This document shows positions 49,024-59,443 of a DNA stretch of 64,000 nucleotides, piece by piece. The stretch's first letter is position 1, and every line of letters starts with the position of its first letter. The notes under the pieces are model-generated. The model saw only the letters and a list, made by a program, of their open reading frames with translations, was not told the origin of the DNA and ran no database searches. The stretch lies in contig CACODT010000001.1 of assembly GCA_902626065.1 (NCBI GenBank), positions 84,986 through 148,985 of the forward strand, read 5' to 3'. The DNA comes from an uncultured Candidatus Actinomarina sp. (GTDB lineage Bacteria; Actinomycetota; Acidimicrobiia; Actinomarinales; Actinomarinaceae). The translations under genes were made by a program, and so were the position numbers.

Positions 49024-49786
49024 AATATTTTCTGTAAATGTAATTTAATTTCAAATCTAATTCTTTTTCTAATTTTTTGACAAATTTTTTCATACCTGGA
49101 ATTTCAGTAGATATATGGCCAACCTGTATAAGTCCTAATCTAGCCTCATCAGCTTTTAATAAATATCTATGTGATATATCTCCAGTAATAAATACATCAA
49201 CTGAATTAATTATTTCATCAATGAACTGAGTACCAGATCCAGGTAACAAGGCAATTTTTTGAATTTCTTTAATATCATCAAAATATTCGTTAGTTCGGAT
49301 AATTTTTGTATTAAGTTTATTTTCGACATATTTTTTGAAATCAAATGGAGATAATTTCTTAATGGTACCCTTGCGTCCAGCTCCAAAATTGTCTACTGAG
49401 TTCGCAAATATGGATACATCAGACATATTAAACAATTCAACTAATGTATCTGCATTGCCTTCTTTGCAAACATCTTGTGCCGTATGTATTGAAATTACAT
49501 TAATAGACGAATCAATAAAACGCTCGGTTATTCGATCAGGAATATGGGTTTCGATCTCATCTTCATTGATTATACGCTTGTATGGTGGTGGATGGTAAGT
49601 AACTACAGTATCAACATTATTATCTTTGCAATAATCAAGTAACGATTCTTCAAGCTCATGGCCTATTATAAAGTTTCCTACTTTATTACTTTCATCCCCG
49701 ATTACAAGGCCTACGCTATCGTCTTCAAAGGCATGATCAAGAGGTGTTAATTTATTTACATGTTTAAGAAGAGTAGAAATATTCAC
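49016..49786 (-). CDS. Nif3-like dinuclear metal-centre protein
   Basis: DSVGLVIGD, YHPP and GHISTE motifs. 256 aa. Confidence 0.75.
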   Translation of the reverse strand: MNISTLLKHVNKLTPLDHAFEDDSVGLVIGDESNKVGNFIIGHELEESLLDYCKDNNVDTVVTYHPPPYKRIINEDEIETHIPDRITERFIDSSINVISIHTAQDVCKEGNADTLVELFNMSDVSIFANSVDNFGAGRKGTIKKLSPFDFKKYVENKLNTKIIRTNEYFDDIKEIQKIALLPGSGTQFIDEIINSVDVFITGDISHRYLLKADEARLGLIQVGHISTEIPGMKKFVKKLEKELDLKLNYIYRKYYE

Positions 49787-49809
49787 TTAATTTATAGTAA
49801 TAACGATTT

Positions 49810-52401
49810 TTATAAAGTTTTTGCAGTTTTCCTATTATGATAATTTGCCCAAATAACTAGAAATGTTGGAAGAATCATAAGTGATGCAATTAAGGCAAAG
49901 CCAATAGAAACCAAAATTACAGTTCCCATTTGTTGAAAGGGAACTAAAGATGAGGTTGTTAAAATACCAAATCCAGCCATAGTTGTAAATGCACTTCCAA
50001 ATAATGAACCGCCAGTAGTTTTTAGTGTTGTCCTGATTGCTTCAACTGGCTCGATACCTGAAGAAATTGTTTCTCTAAATCTATTTGTCACATGAATTAC
50101 AAATGGAACACCTATACCAATTGCCAATCCAGATAATGTAGAGGTCACAGGGTTAAGTGGTATGTCTAATAAATACATACCCATATAAGTTCCCAACACA
50201 ATGGCTGCCACTGGAAGTACTGTTATAACACCAAGGAAAGGCCTTCTCATATCTATTAAATAATAAAGAACTAAAAATATCATTGAAGCTAAAATTGCAA
50301 AAGCCAAAGATTGAAATTGTGAAGAGTTAATTAGCTCATTAACACTTTCTGTAACTATATTATCTGATGTAACACCTACAAATACTCCAAGATCCGAAAG
50401 TGGCTCAAAAGCAGTATATAGATCATCTCTTATTTGAGCAGCTCCAGATGTTCCTGCAGAGGTTGTAATTCTAACTTGCATAGCTGAAATTAAATCATTT
50501 TCATTTACGTATAAGCTGGTACTAAATGTGTCTTCGTCTGTGTCAAGTAGATATGTATATAAACCATCTACATCACCCGCAGCACTCACCTTTAACGCAT
50601 CTAATCCTTGTGCGCTCATTATTTGAACACCATAAGCACCTAACTGACCAATCAAAGCCATATCAGGCATTGGTGGGGGTGCTTGAGGATTTGCTGAAGG
50701 CGGAACTAACATTGCTCCAAGAGATCCTACAACTGATTCAGCAGCTGCATTTCCACCAAAAACCAATACATTTTCAACATCTGATAGATTGTTTAATGAG
50801 TCGATTAAGGCATTATGAATTTCAGGTGTGGCAACATTATCTGATTCAATTAATACACTTGTAGTTTCTCCAAATCCTCCACCAAATTCATCTTGTAAAG
50901 TATTGAAAGTTTTAACCGTTGGACTGTCTGAAGGTAAGAAATCTGTAAAATTGAAGACTGTTGAAATGTTTGTAAAGCTATAGTAACCATATCCCCCAAT
51001 TCCTAAAATTAAAGCTATTGCGATTACTTTAAGTCGTTTTGGTATTATTGAAGTTGCTTCAGACAATCTATTAAATAATTTCTCCCCAGAAGAAGCAAAT
51101 GCATCTGTATCAATTGTATTTTTTCTTTCTAATCTTTTATCTAGCAATGTTCTTATTGCTGGAACAAGTGTCATTACCAAAATAAATGCATAAAAAATAC
51201 CTAGTGCGGTTGTTATTCCAAAATCTTGGAGTTGAGTTAGTGGTGAAACTATATTTGTCAAAAAACCAACCATCGTACCTAATGTTGCAAGTGTTAAAGC
51301 AATTCCCACAGAACTTAATGTTTTAGAGGCAGATGTATTTACAGAGTTTTTTAAACCTAGTTCTTCTCTATACCTTCCAGTAAAGTGGATTGCATAATCA
51401 ACACCTAAACCTAGGATTATGATTGTTGAAATTTGCGAAAGTTGATTTGGTGCTCCAATAATATCTAAATAACCAGGACCAAGTACAACACCAATTCCTT
51501 GCATCCATAATATAGCTAACATTATTGCAGCTAAGCTATTAAATATATCTGCAAATGTTCTTCTAGAAGATTTGAAAAAACCAAATGTTTTTGTCGGCTT
51601 TATAAAGAAAATAAATGCAAGAACTAAAAAGATAATACCAAAAGCTGCTCCAAAAAGCTGTGCTACTTCCTCTAAAAAGTCGTCTTGTTCATCACCAAAA
51701 AGCAATGCTAAAGAAAATCCAGCAATATCAATATTTTCAAAGTTATCACTTAACTCAAGCAATTCTTTATTTAATTCATTCTCGAGTCTTGGTTGAACTT
51801 CAAAAGCTCCTTCAAATCCAAATTCACCTTGTATTAATGCTGAGTTAATAGTTATTATGCCTAATCCTGCACTTGCAGTTACAGCTTCTTCGTCATATGA
51901 GCTGGATAAAAGAGCAGATGCAAACTGTTGAAACTCTGGCGGCATTTGTGCAGATGTAGCTTTGTAAAGTTGTTTAAATTGTTCATCTGTCAAACTACTT
52001 ACATCTAGCATTGGATTAAATGCTTTAGCAACATCTATCGGAGCAAAAAAGCCTTGAACCAATCCTTGGTTAGGATCGTTTACAAGATAATCATATAACT
52101 CACTATCTCTAATAACTTCAATTGCAGCAGTGTAAGTCTCATAACCTTCGACAGTAAGAACATCTTCTCCTTCAAAGACAAGTTGTAGAACACTCTGAGT
52201 TCCTGATCCTCCAAAATAATCCGAAAGCTTACCTTGAGCCTCAATTTCTGGGGTATCAATTTCTCCCCCAAATCCCGTATCCAATTCCTCTGCTTGAGTT
52301 GTCATATATCCAAAAAATCCGGTAATCCCCAAAATTACAACAATTGTTAAAACAGGAAACTTTGTTGCTGCAGATGAAAAGAAGTTAGTTAATAATTTCA
52401 T
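49810..52401 (-). CDS. MMPL/RND-superfamily membrane transporter
   Basis: 863 aa with two 6-TM bundles, each preceded by a large extracytoplasmic domain. LGLGVDYAIHF-type motif present. Confidence 0.7.
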   Translation of the reverse strand: MKLLTNFFSSAATKFPVLTIVVILGITGFFGYMTTQAEELDTGFGGEIDTPEIEAQGKLSDYFGGSGTQSVLQLVFEGEDVLTVEGYETYTAAIEVIRDSELYDYLVNDPNQGLVQGFFAPIDVAKAFNPMLDVSSLTDEQFKQLYKATSAQMPPEFQQFASALLSSSYDEEAVTASAGLGIITINSALIQGEFGFEGAFEVQPRLENELNKELLELSDNFENIDIAGFSLALLFGDEQDDFLEEVAQLFGAAFGIIFLVLAFIFFIKPTKTFGFFKSSRRTFADIFNSLAAIMLAILWMQGIGVVLGPGYLDIIGAPNQLSQISTIIILGLGVDYAIHFTGRYREELGLKNSVNTSASKTLSSVGIALTLATLGTMVGFLTNIVSPLTQLQDFGITTALGIFYAFILVMTLVPAIRTLLDKRLERKNTIDTDAFASSGEKLFNRLSEATSIIPKRLKVIAIALILGIGGYGYYSFTNISTVFNFTDFLPSDSPTVKTFNTLQDEFGGGFGETTSVLIESDNVATPEIHNALIDSLNNLSDVENVLVFGGNAAAESVVGSLGAMLVPPSANPQAPPPMPDMALIGQLGAYGVQIMSAQGLDALKVSAAGDVDGLYTYLLDTDEDTFSTSLYVNENDLISAMQVRITTSAGTSGAAQIRDDLYTAFEPLSDLGVFVGVTSDNIVTESVNELINSSQFQSLAFAILASMIFLVLYYLIDMRRPFLGVITVLPVAAIVLGTYMGMYLLDIPLNPVTSTLSGLAIGIGVPFVIHVTNRFRETISSGIEPVEAIRTTLKTTGGSLFGSAFTTMAGFGILTTSSLVPFQQMGTVILVSIGFALIASLMILPTFLVIWANYHNRKTAKTL

Positions 52402-52512
52402 AAAAGACTCTTAATTTGCATTATTAAATATTAAACAACGTAAAGATTTACTTGTAATTTAAACATTAAAAGTTTGTTAAAGCTTTTCTAATAACTAATT
52501 TATAATAATGAC

Positions 52513-53673
52513 GTGAAAAAGTTGGGCCTTTTTTTTATAACAATATTTATATCATTTCAAACTTCGGCTTTTGCTCATGAAGGTGAAAATGAATTAGAAA
52601 ACAATAAAACGTTTAATGGCATTGAAAACTATGATGTAATTTCTATTTCTCAACCTGGAGTTCTTTACTATAGTGTTACCAATCAAATTTTAGAGTCTGT
52701 TAAAAATCTAGGAAGTAAGGTTACATTTATTGGAAGGGCTAATATTGGTTTACAAAAAGTGCTAGATAATAACAATATTGAAACTTTAACGACTGACCCT
52801 GATTATCTTTATAGTCTTTCCACAAAAACTATTGAAAGCAAATATGCAGATTTATTTTACACAGACGAAGTTAGTAATTTACTCAAAGAAAATAAAATAA
52901 TAGTATCTGAACTGACTGCCCAACAATATTCATTAAATGCTGGTGATAAATTGGTTTTAGTTGGAATGAATGAAGTTATTTCTGAATTAGAGATAGGTAA
53001 AATAATACCTGATTCAGAAATTGGATGGTTCGAAGCTCTAGTAAGTAAAAAAATAGGTTACGAATTAGGAATCAATAGAAATATACAAGCGATAATTTGG
53101 GATACAAAGGTTACAGAGAATCATTTTGTAGAACTCTATAAAAATATCAAATATAAACAACTTAGAATAACTTTTAGGGATTCTAAGCCAAATAAAAACT
53201 GGGTTTTACCTACTGCATTAATCAAAAATTATTTTGGTGATTTTCAAATTAAAGAAAGAGATGGAACTTGGATAATTGTTGAACCAAAGTGGAGAAATGA
53301 AAATATTGAAAGAAAAGAGATGCCAGTAATTGGTCGAGCTACTTGTAACAAAATTATGTGGAAGCCTCTCTTGGGTGCACTTAATCAAGTAATTGAGGAA
53401 GGTTTGCAAGATACATTGTCTAGAGAAGAATTCCAAAAATCAGGTGGCTGTTATGCACCAAGACGAATTAATAGATTTAATGCCGGAGGTGCCATATCAA
53501 GACATGCTTGGGGTATAGCAATTGACATAAATGTTAATTCTGGATATCACCCAAGAGTTGTTGAAATTTTTAATTTATGGGGATTTGCATGGGGAGGAAC
53601 GTGGACGTCTCCAGATGAAATGCATTTTGAACTAAGAGATCTGTCACCCAGTATTTCTCAAGCCAGCAGCTAA
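52513..53673 (+). CDS. Secreted protein with a C-terminal M15-family (VanY/D-Ala-D-Ala carboxypeptidase-like) zinc peptidase domain
   Basis: GTG start and a signal peptide (KKLGLFFITIFISFQTSAFA). The C-terminal SRHAWGIAIDIN...DEMHFE matches the Hx6D...H zinc triad. The N-terminal ~270 aa match no family I recognise. Confidence 0.65.
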   Translation: MKKLGLFFITIFISFQTSAFAHEGENELENNKTFNGIENYDVISISQPGVLYYSVTNQILESVKNLGSKVTFIGRANIGLQKVLDNNNIETLTTDPDYLYSLSTKTIESKYADLFYTDEVSNLLKENKIIVSELTAQQYSLNAGDKLVLVGMNEVISELEIGKIIPDSEIGWFEALVSKKIGYELGINRNIQAIIWDTKVTENHFVELYKNIKYKQLRITFRDSKPNKNWVLPTALIKNYFGDFQIKERDGTWIIVEPKWRNENIERKEMPVIGRATCNKIMWKPLLGALNQVIEEGLQDTLSREEFQKSGGCYAPRRINRFNAGGAISRHAWGIAIDINVNSGYHPRVVEIFNLWGFAWGGTWTSPDEMHFELRDLSPSISQASS

Positions 53674-56112
53674 TCCATTTACTGAAAGAAGTAAAGAAGT
53701 TTTTTCATAATCTGTTAATTCATTCTTCTGTAATTTTTGCAGTAAGAACACCTGAATGAGTGATAAAGGATCAAGATAAGTATCTCTAATTGCTAAAGTA
53801 TTTTTTAAAATTTTATTTGAATCAAGTAACTCTTTTGACTTTGTAATACGTTTTATAGCATTTTCAACTTTCAATGATTCTTCAACAATATTCTCATATA
53901 TGTAAGTAATTTCTTTTTCAACAAGATTTTCTGTATAAAACCGTGAGATATTTAAATCTGTTTTAGCTATTGTCATTTCAATATTGCTTAACAAATTTTG
54001 AAAAAATGAAGATGAGTTGTAAATTTTTCTAACTTCATTTATTCCAAATTTATTTATTAATTCTTCTAGAGCTGAACCTGAACCATACCAACCTGTAATT
54101 GTTTGTCGAGTTTGTGCCCAGCCAAAAACCCAAGGTATTGCTCTATAGTTTTTTACAGAACTTACTCTAGATCTTTTAGAAGGTCTTGATCCAATATTTA
54201 ATACAGATAATAGATTTACTGGCGTTACAGATTCAAAATAGTAAATCAAATTTTCATCATTAATCAAAGATTTATATTTTTGAGAAGATAATTTAGAAAG
54301 CTTATCAAGAAAAGAATGTTCATATTTAATTTCATGACTCTTTGTTTTATTGGCTTTAAAGAATGCAAATAAACCAAGTTTTAAATTTTCTATCGCAAGA
54401 TTTACTGTTGAATACTTATCAGATATGACCTCTCCTTGTTCAGTGTATCTTATTTTATTTTTGATTGTTCCTTTGGGTTGCGACAAAATTGAGTTATATG
54501 TAGGTCCGCCTCCCCTACTTATAGTTCCACCTCTACCATGGAAAAATGAAATATTTATATTATGTTTCTGACCGGTACTAAATAAGGCAATTTGTGATTT
54601 ATATACTGACCATTGCGAAGACACAATCCCACCATCTTTATTTGAATCTGAGTAACCAAGCATTATCTCCTGATTGTTGTTGAAATTTATTAAATGGTTT
54701 TTATATTCTTTATTGTCAAAAAGATTTGAAATTATATTATGAGATTCTTCTATATCATCAATTTCCTCAAATAAAGGAACGAGCATCGGTATATCAGATT
54801 TATTTTTAATTAATTTTTTACAAAATTTAAATAAATTTAATAAATCATTTTCGTTTTTAGTCATTGATAAAATTATTGAACCTATTACAGTGTCGCCATA
54901 TATTTTTTTCCATTCTGGTATCCGTTTAATAAGATTGGTAAATTCGGAATATTCTTTTTTAAATTTTTCTTTAAATCTAAGGACATCTGCATTTTCTCTT
55001 ATATCCATTTCAACGCCATGGAATTTGAATTGATTTACATAATCAATAAAAGTTCTTAAATCTAAAGATGGAGAATTATTCTTAAAACATTTATTTACTT
55101 CGGTCTCAAATAAATTTAAATCATCCTGAAATTCACTAAAAGAATTATATCCTTTTTTGTTCTTCTGAAAATTGTCAAGTCTATGAAAAACTAGTGAAAG
55201 AAATATTCTAAATGGCTCATCAAAATTTATTTTGGTATAGTGACGATATTCTTTATCTAAAACATTTGAATATTCTTTAATCTTTGACTTAAGTAATTGA
55301 GGCTCATCTGCATATAAAGTTGAGATACTAAAACTCTCTGATAAATTTATAATTTTTTCTTTATAAATTTGAATAATTTGATTTGAATAAATTTTTAAAG
55401 CTTCTTCAGTAACTTTTAATGTAACAAATGGGTTTCCATCTCTATCTCCACCTATCCAAGTACCCAGCCTTATTATATCTTTCTGAACTATATTATTTTC
55501 AGTGAATGTCTTATTAATTTCATCGTAAACATCTGTATACAAATTGTTTAGATAATATAAAAGAGTTTTTACCTCATCAATAGGATTTGGTTTAGTAGAC
55601 CTAACTTCTCTGGTGTACCAAAGTTGGGTTATTAAATTATTTAATTCATTTAAATCACTTGATTTATTTTCAAAAATGATATTTCCAATTTTGTAGAGCT
55701 TTTTTAAAGTTGATTGTCTTGCACTCTCAGTAGGGTGTGCAGTAAAGACTGGTGAGAATGTAAGACTTTCCTTATTTTTATGCAAATCATTTTTATCGAT
55801 TTTATACTCAAATTTTTCTCTAAATACTTGCTCTGAAATATTCGAAAGATAAAAAAATAATGTGAATGATTTAGTTAGGATTAAAAGTTCATTTTCATCT
55901 AAGGTCTTTAATCTTTCGTAAATTAAATTTAAAAATTTAGAATTTTTTGATGATCTATATTTTTTTGAATTTACTCTTATTTCTTCAACTAATTCATACT
56001 TACTTTTACCAGCCTGTTGTTTAATTACGTTACCTAATTCACTTCCAAGAATATTTATAGTTTGTGATAAAGTGCTGAATTCTGGTTTAATTTTAGATTC
56101 TTTCTGCATCAT
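53644..56112 (-). CDS. ppc: Phosphoenolpyruvate carboxylase
   Basis: VFTAHPTE, GYSDSNKDGG and FHGRGGTISRGGGP motifs, with a C-terminal RNTG. Confidence 0.93.
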   Translation of the reverse strand: MMQKESKIKPEFSTLSQTINILGSELGNVIKQQAGKSKYELVEEIRVNSKKYRSSKNSKFLNLIYERLKTLDENELLILTKSFTLFFYLSNISEQVFREKFEYKIDKNDLHKNKESLTFSPVFTAHPTESARQSTLKKLYKIGNIIFENKSSDLNELNNLITQLWYTREVRSTKPNPIDEVKTLLYYLNNLYTDVYDEINKTFTENNIVQKDIIRLGTWIGGDRDGNPFVTLKVTEEALKIYSNQIIQIYKEKIINLSESFSISTLYADEPQLLKSKIKEYSNVLDKEYRHYTKINFDEPFRIFLSLVFHRLDNFQKNKKGYNSFSEFQDDLNLFETEVNKCFKNNSPSLDLRTFIDYVNQFKFHGVEMDIRENADVLRFKEKFKKEYSEFTNLIKRIPEWKKIYGDTVIGSIILSMTKNENDLLNLFKFCKKLIKNKSDIPMLVPLFEEIDDIEESHNIISNLFDNKEYKNHLINFNNNQEIMLGYSDSNKDGGIVSSQWSVYKSQIALFSTGQKHNINISFFHGRGGTISRGGGPTYNSILSQPKGTIKNKIRYTEQGEVISDKYSTVNLAIENLKLGLFAFFKANKTKSHEIKYEHSFLDKLSKLSSQKYKSLINDENLIYYFESVTPVNLLSVLNIGSRPSKRSRVSSVKNYRAIPWVFGWAQTRQTITGWYGSGSALEELINKFGINEVRKIYNSSSFFQNLLSNIEMTIAKTDLNISRFYTENLVEKEITYIYENIVEESLKVENAIKRITKSKELLDSNKILKNTLAIRDTYLDPLSLIQVFLLQKLQKNELTDYEKTSLLLSVNGLAAGLRNTG

Positions 56113-57355
56113 CTATAAATTCGCTACCAGTTGCATCAAAAATTGGTACATTTATTTTTGAAAAATTAATGGATGAAAATTCTGAATGTGGAGTATGCAT
56201 TAATAACATATCATATTCTTCAAAATTTTTCTGAGAAGTTTCCTTATTAACTTGCTCATTATCAACTATCAAAGAATCAACAAATGGATCATAAAATGAT
56301 ATTTCAACACCCCTAGACTTAAAGTTTTCAATTATATCTAGAGCAGGAGATTCTCTGGTGTCACTTATGTCTTTTTTGTATGCAACTCCAAAGATTAAAA
56401 TTCTTGAATTCTTCATTGGTTTCTCTAACACATTCATTCTTTCAATTATTCGGTTCACAACATAAGCTGGCATAGAATTGTTGATTTCCTGAGCTAGTTC
56501 AACAAATCTTACAGGTTTTCCTATTTGTCTTGTTTTAAATGACAAATATTTTGGATCTATTGGTATGCAATGGCCGCCTACGCCAGGTCCAGGTCTAAAA
56601 GATTCAAATCCGAATGGTTTTGTTTTTGCTGCCTCGACAACTTCCCAGATATCAATTTCTAGCATATTGCATAATATCGCTAGCTCATTAATAAGGGCGA
56701 TATTGACCTGTCTATAAGTATTTTCGAGAAGTTTAACCATTTCAGCTTCTTTAGTTCCAGATACAACAACAACGGTATCAATTATTTTTTCATAAAAAGA
56801 TTTAATTTTTGATAATGAATCATCATTAATTCCACTTACTACTTTTGGAGTATTTTTAAAATTCCATTTTTTATTTCCTGGATCAATTCTCTCGGGTGAA
56901 TATCCAAAATAGATATCCACACCTGGTTTTAGATCTGATATGTTTTGAATTTCAGGTATCAATACCTCTAAAGTTGTACCTGGATAAGTCGTTGACTCTA
57001 GAATAATAATTTGTCCTTTAACAACATTTTTTGCTATTTCTTGAGCCGCACTAATTACATAGCTTAAGTCAGGTTTGAAATCTGTAAGTGGAGTTGGAAC
57101 ACTTATCACAATATGTTCACAATCTCTTAACAAATTTGAGTCGTCTGAAAATATAAGACCTGATTCAATTGATGAATTTAATGTTTCATCACTTACATCT
57201 TCAATTGGTGATATACCTTGATTTAGTTCTGAAACTTTTTCAGAATTTATATCATATCCAAAAACTTTTAGACCAGCATCTACCGAATACACTGCCAATG
57301 GAAGACCAACGTATCCAAGTCCAATTATTCCTAAATCATATTTAAATTTGCTCAT
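56093..57355 (-). CDS. Nucleotide-sugar dehydrogenase (UDP-N-acetyl-D-mannosamine dehydrogenase-like)
   Basis: Rossmann GIIGLGYVGLPLA and catalytic-Cys region GPGVGGHCIPIDP. Directly downstream of wecB. The internal ATG at 57355 (MSKFKYDLG) is preferred over the 57415 call. Confidence 0.8.
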   Translation of the reverse strand: MSKFKYDLGIIGLGYVGLPLAVYSVDAGLKVFGYDINSEKVSELNQGISPIEDVSDETLNSSIESGLIFSDDSNLLRDCEHIVISVPTPLTDFKPDLSYVISAAQEIAKNVVKGQIIILESTTYPGTTLEVLIPEIQNISDLKPGVDIYFGYSPERIDPGNKKWNFKNTPKVVSGINDDSLSKIKSFYEKIIDTVVVVSGTKEAEMVKLLENTYRQVNIALINELAILCNMLEIDIWEVVEAAKTKPFGFESFRPGPGVGGHCIPIDPKYLSFKTRQIGKPVRFVELAQEINNSMPAYVVNRIIERMNVLEKPMKNSRILIFGVAYKKDISDTRESPALDIIENFKSRGVEISFYDPFVDSLIVDNEQVNKETSQKNFEEYDMLLMHTPHSEFSSINFSKINVPIFDATGSEFIDDAERI

Positions 57356-58427
57356 ACAACTCTTTATAGATTCTTTCAGATGTTTTACCATCCCAGAATT
57401 TAATTTCTGTACCATTTGAAAGTTTACTCTGGATACTAGTATTTATTTCATAAATTATTTTTTCTGTCTCTATACCAATTACTTTATTTGTACCCTCAGA
57501 GACAGTTATTGGTCTCTCAGTTTCATTTCTTAATGTAAGACACTTAACATTTAAATGTGTTGTTTCTTCTTGAAGTCCACCAGAATCAGTCAAAACTAAA
57601 TCAGAACTACTAACAAGACCAAGAAAATCAATATATGAGAGTGGATTTAAAATATATATATTTTCATGCTCCACATCATTATCATTTATATATTTCTTTA
57701 ATCTTGGATGAGCTGGTAGAACAATTTGGTATTCATTACTAAATTCTTTTAGTCCCTCAAATATTTTTGCTAAATTTTCATCGGACAGGTTTGATGGCCT
57801 ATGTATGGTGACAACAAAATATTTGCCAATGATGTTTAATTTTTCTTTAATTTGATCAGAAGATTGTAATATTTTTTCTAAATTTTTTTCAAGTGTATCA
57901 ATCATAATATTTCCAACGTTACCAATATATTTTGCCGACAAATTTTCAGAATTTAGATTATCTACAGCATCATCTGATGGAGCAAATAAATAGTCGCTGA
58001 TGGAATCTACCATTATTCTGTTTCGTTCTTCTGGCATATCCATATTTCGTGATCTCAATCCAGATTCAACATGAAATAACTCCATTTTTTTATTTTTCGT
58101 TGATATAGCAGCGGCAAGTGTTGATGTAACATCGCCAAATACACCTACATACTTTGATTTATTTGTGTCAAATAATGTATCTAATTTATCAACAATATAA
58201 GTAGTTTGTTTGTTCATGTTTGTTGTTGGAGTATCAAGATATATATCTGGTTCACGAATATTTAAATCTTCAAAAATATTGGATGACATACTTTTATCTT
58301 TATGTTGTCCCGTATGAATAAAAAGAGTATTTATTTTATTTTCTTCAAAATATTCAAGTAAAGGTGCAGCTTTAATAAAGTTTGGTCTAGTACCAACAAC
58401 TAATATTGCGTCATAATTTTTTATCAC
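57342..58427 (-). CDS. wecB: UDP-N-acetylglucosamine 2-epimerase (non-hydrolysing)
   Basis: GTRPNFIKAAPL, HTGQH, HVESGLRS, PEERNR and DSGGLQEE motifs. Confidence 0.9.
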   Translation of the reverse strand: MIKNYDAILVVGTRPNFIKAAPLLEYFEENKINTLFIHTGQHKDKSMSSNIFEDLNIREPDIYLDTPTTNMNKQTTYIVDKLDTLFDTNKSKYVGVFGDVTSTLAAAISTKNKKMELFHVESGLRSRNMDMPEERNRIMVDSISDYLFAPSDDAVDNLNSENLSAKYIGNVGNIMIDTLEKNLEKILQSSDQIKEKLNIIGKYFVVTIHRPSNLSDENLAKIFEGLKEFSNEYQIVLPAHPRLKKYINDNDVEHENIYILNPLSYIDFLGLVSSSDLVLTDSGGLQEETTHLNVKCLTLRNETERPITVSEGTNKVIGIETEKIIYEINTSIQSKLSNGTEIKFWDGKTSERIYKELYEQI

Positions 58428-58480
58428 TACTTTATGATTTTAGTCATAGTATTAATGCTTAATGAACAACTATTATTGAA

Positions 58481-59443
58481 TTGGTGAAAAAAATAGTATT
58501 AAATGCTTGCGGTGTAAAGTCTCTAGGTGGATTGAAACTTTTCCTTGAGTCTTTTGATTTTTTTTCAAAGACTGATTCAAAAATCTTTGTTTTGTACTCG
58601 GAGGTAGAATTTTACAAAGATTTAAATAATCAATTTTATGAAAATCCAAGGGTAAAGTTTTACAAAACAACAAACAAAAGATATCTTCATCCATTTTTAA
58701 ATTATTATTTACCTAAAAAAATCCTTGAGGAGATTAATAGTTCAGATGCAATTGTTCATTTTGGCAATTTCGGGTTCAAGACACTAAATAAGTCATTCGT
58801 ACTCATTCAAAATATTCTTCCACTCGTAAAAAAAGGTATTAGAAACTCAATTCTTAAAGTACTAATAAATAGAAGTATGAAATTATCAAATTTTATACTG
58901 ATTCAGCTAAATCATTTAAAAGAAGATATAGATAAAAAATTTCATTCAAAAATTATACAAATCGGTGAAACAACAAGTTCTGAGGTTGAAATATCAAATA
59001 AAAGTGGAAACATAGTTTTTTTTGGAAGTGATGTTGCAAATAAAAATTATAATTTTATGAAAAATGTTTTGAGTCAATTACCAAATAAAAAAAAGGTTAC
59101 AGTTATAAACCCACCGAGGGATATGAAAAGTTTTAATATTGTAAACACAGAAACTCACGATGAAACTTTAAAAGTATTGTCAAATAATGAAATTTATTTT
59201 CATGCTAGTGAGCACGAAACAGTAGGTTTACCACTTTATGAAGCACAAAACCTTGGTTTAAAAGTTGTTGCACCAATAAGTTCATATACTCAGTACTTCA
59301 GTCCAGAAAGTGTCTTTCTGTATAATATCAATGATCCCGACGATGCTTTGAAAAAACTTGAAGATGCTCAGTCTTCAAGTATTGGAAAAATTGATACTTT
59401 AAATTATTCAGAGAACTGGAAAATAGTGTTAGATAACCTCTAA
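58481..59443 (+). CDS. GT-B fold glycosyltransferase (GT4-like)
   Basis: C-terminal EHETVGLPLYEAQNLGLKVVAP (EX7E-type motif). TTG start. Confidence 0.6.
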   Translation: MVKKIVLNACGVKSLGGLKLFLESFDFFSKTDSKIFVLYSEVEFYKDLNNQFYENPRVKFYKTTNKRYLHPFLNYYLPKKILEEINSSDAIVHFGNFGFKTLNKSFVLIQNILPLVKKGIRNSILKVLINRSMKLSNFILIQLNHLKEDIDKKFHSKIIQIGETTSSEVEISNKSGNIVFFGSDVANKNYNFMKNVLSQLPNKKKVTVINPPRDMKSFNIVNTETHDETLKVLSNNEIYFHASEHETVGLPLYEAQNLGLKVVAPISSYTQYFSPESVFLYNINDPDDALKKLEDAQSSSIGKIDTLNYSENWKIVLDNL

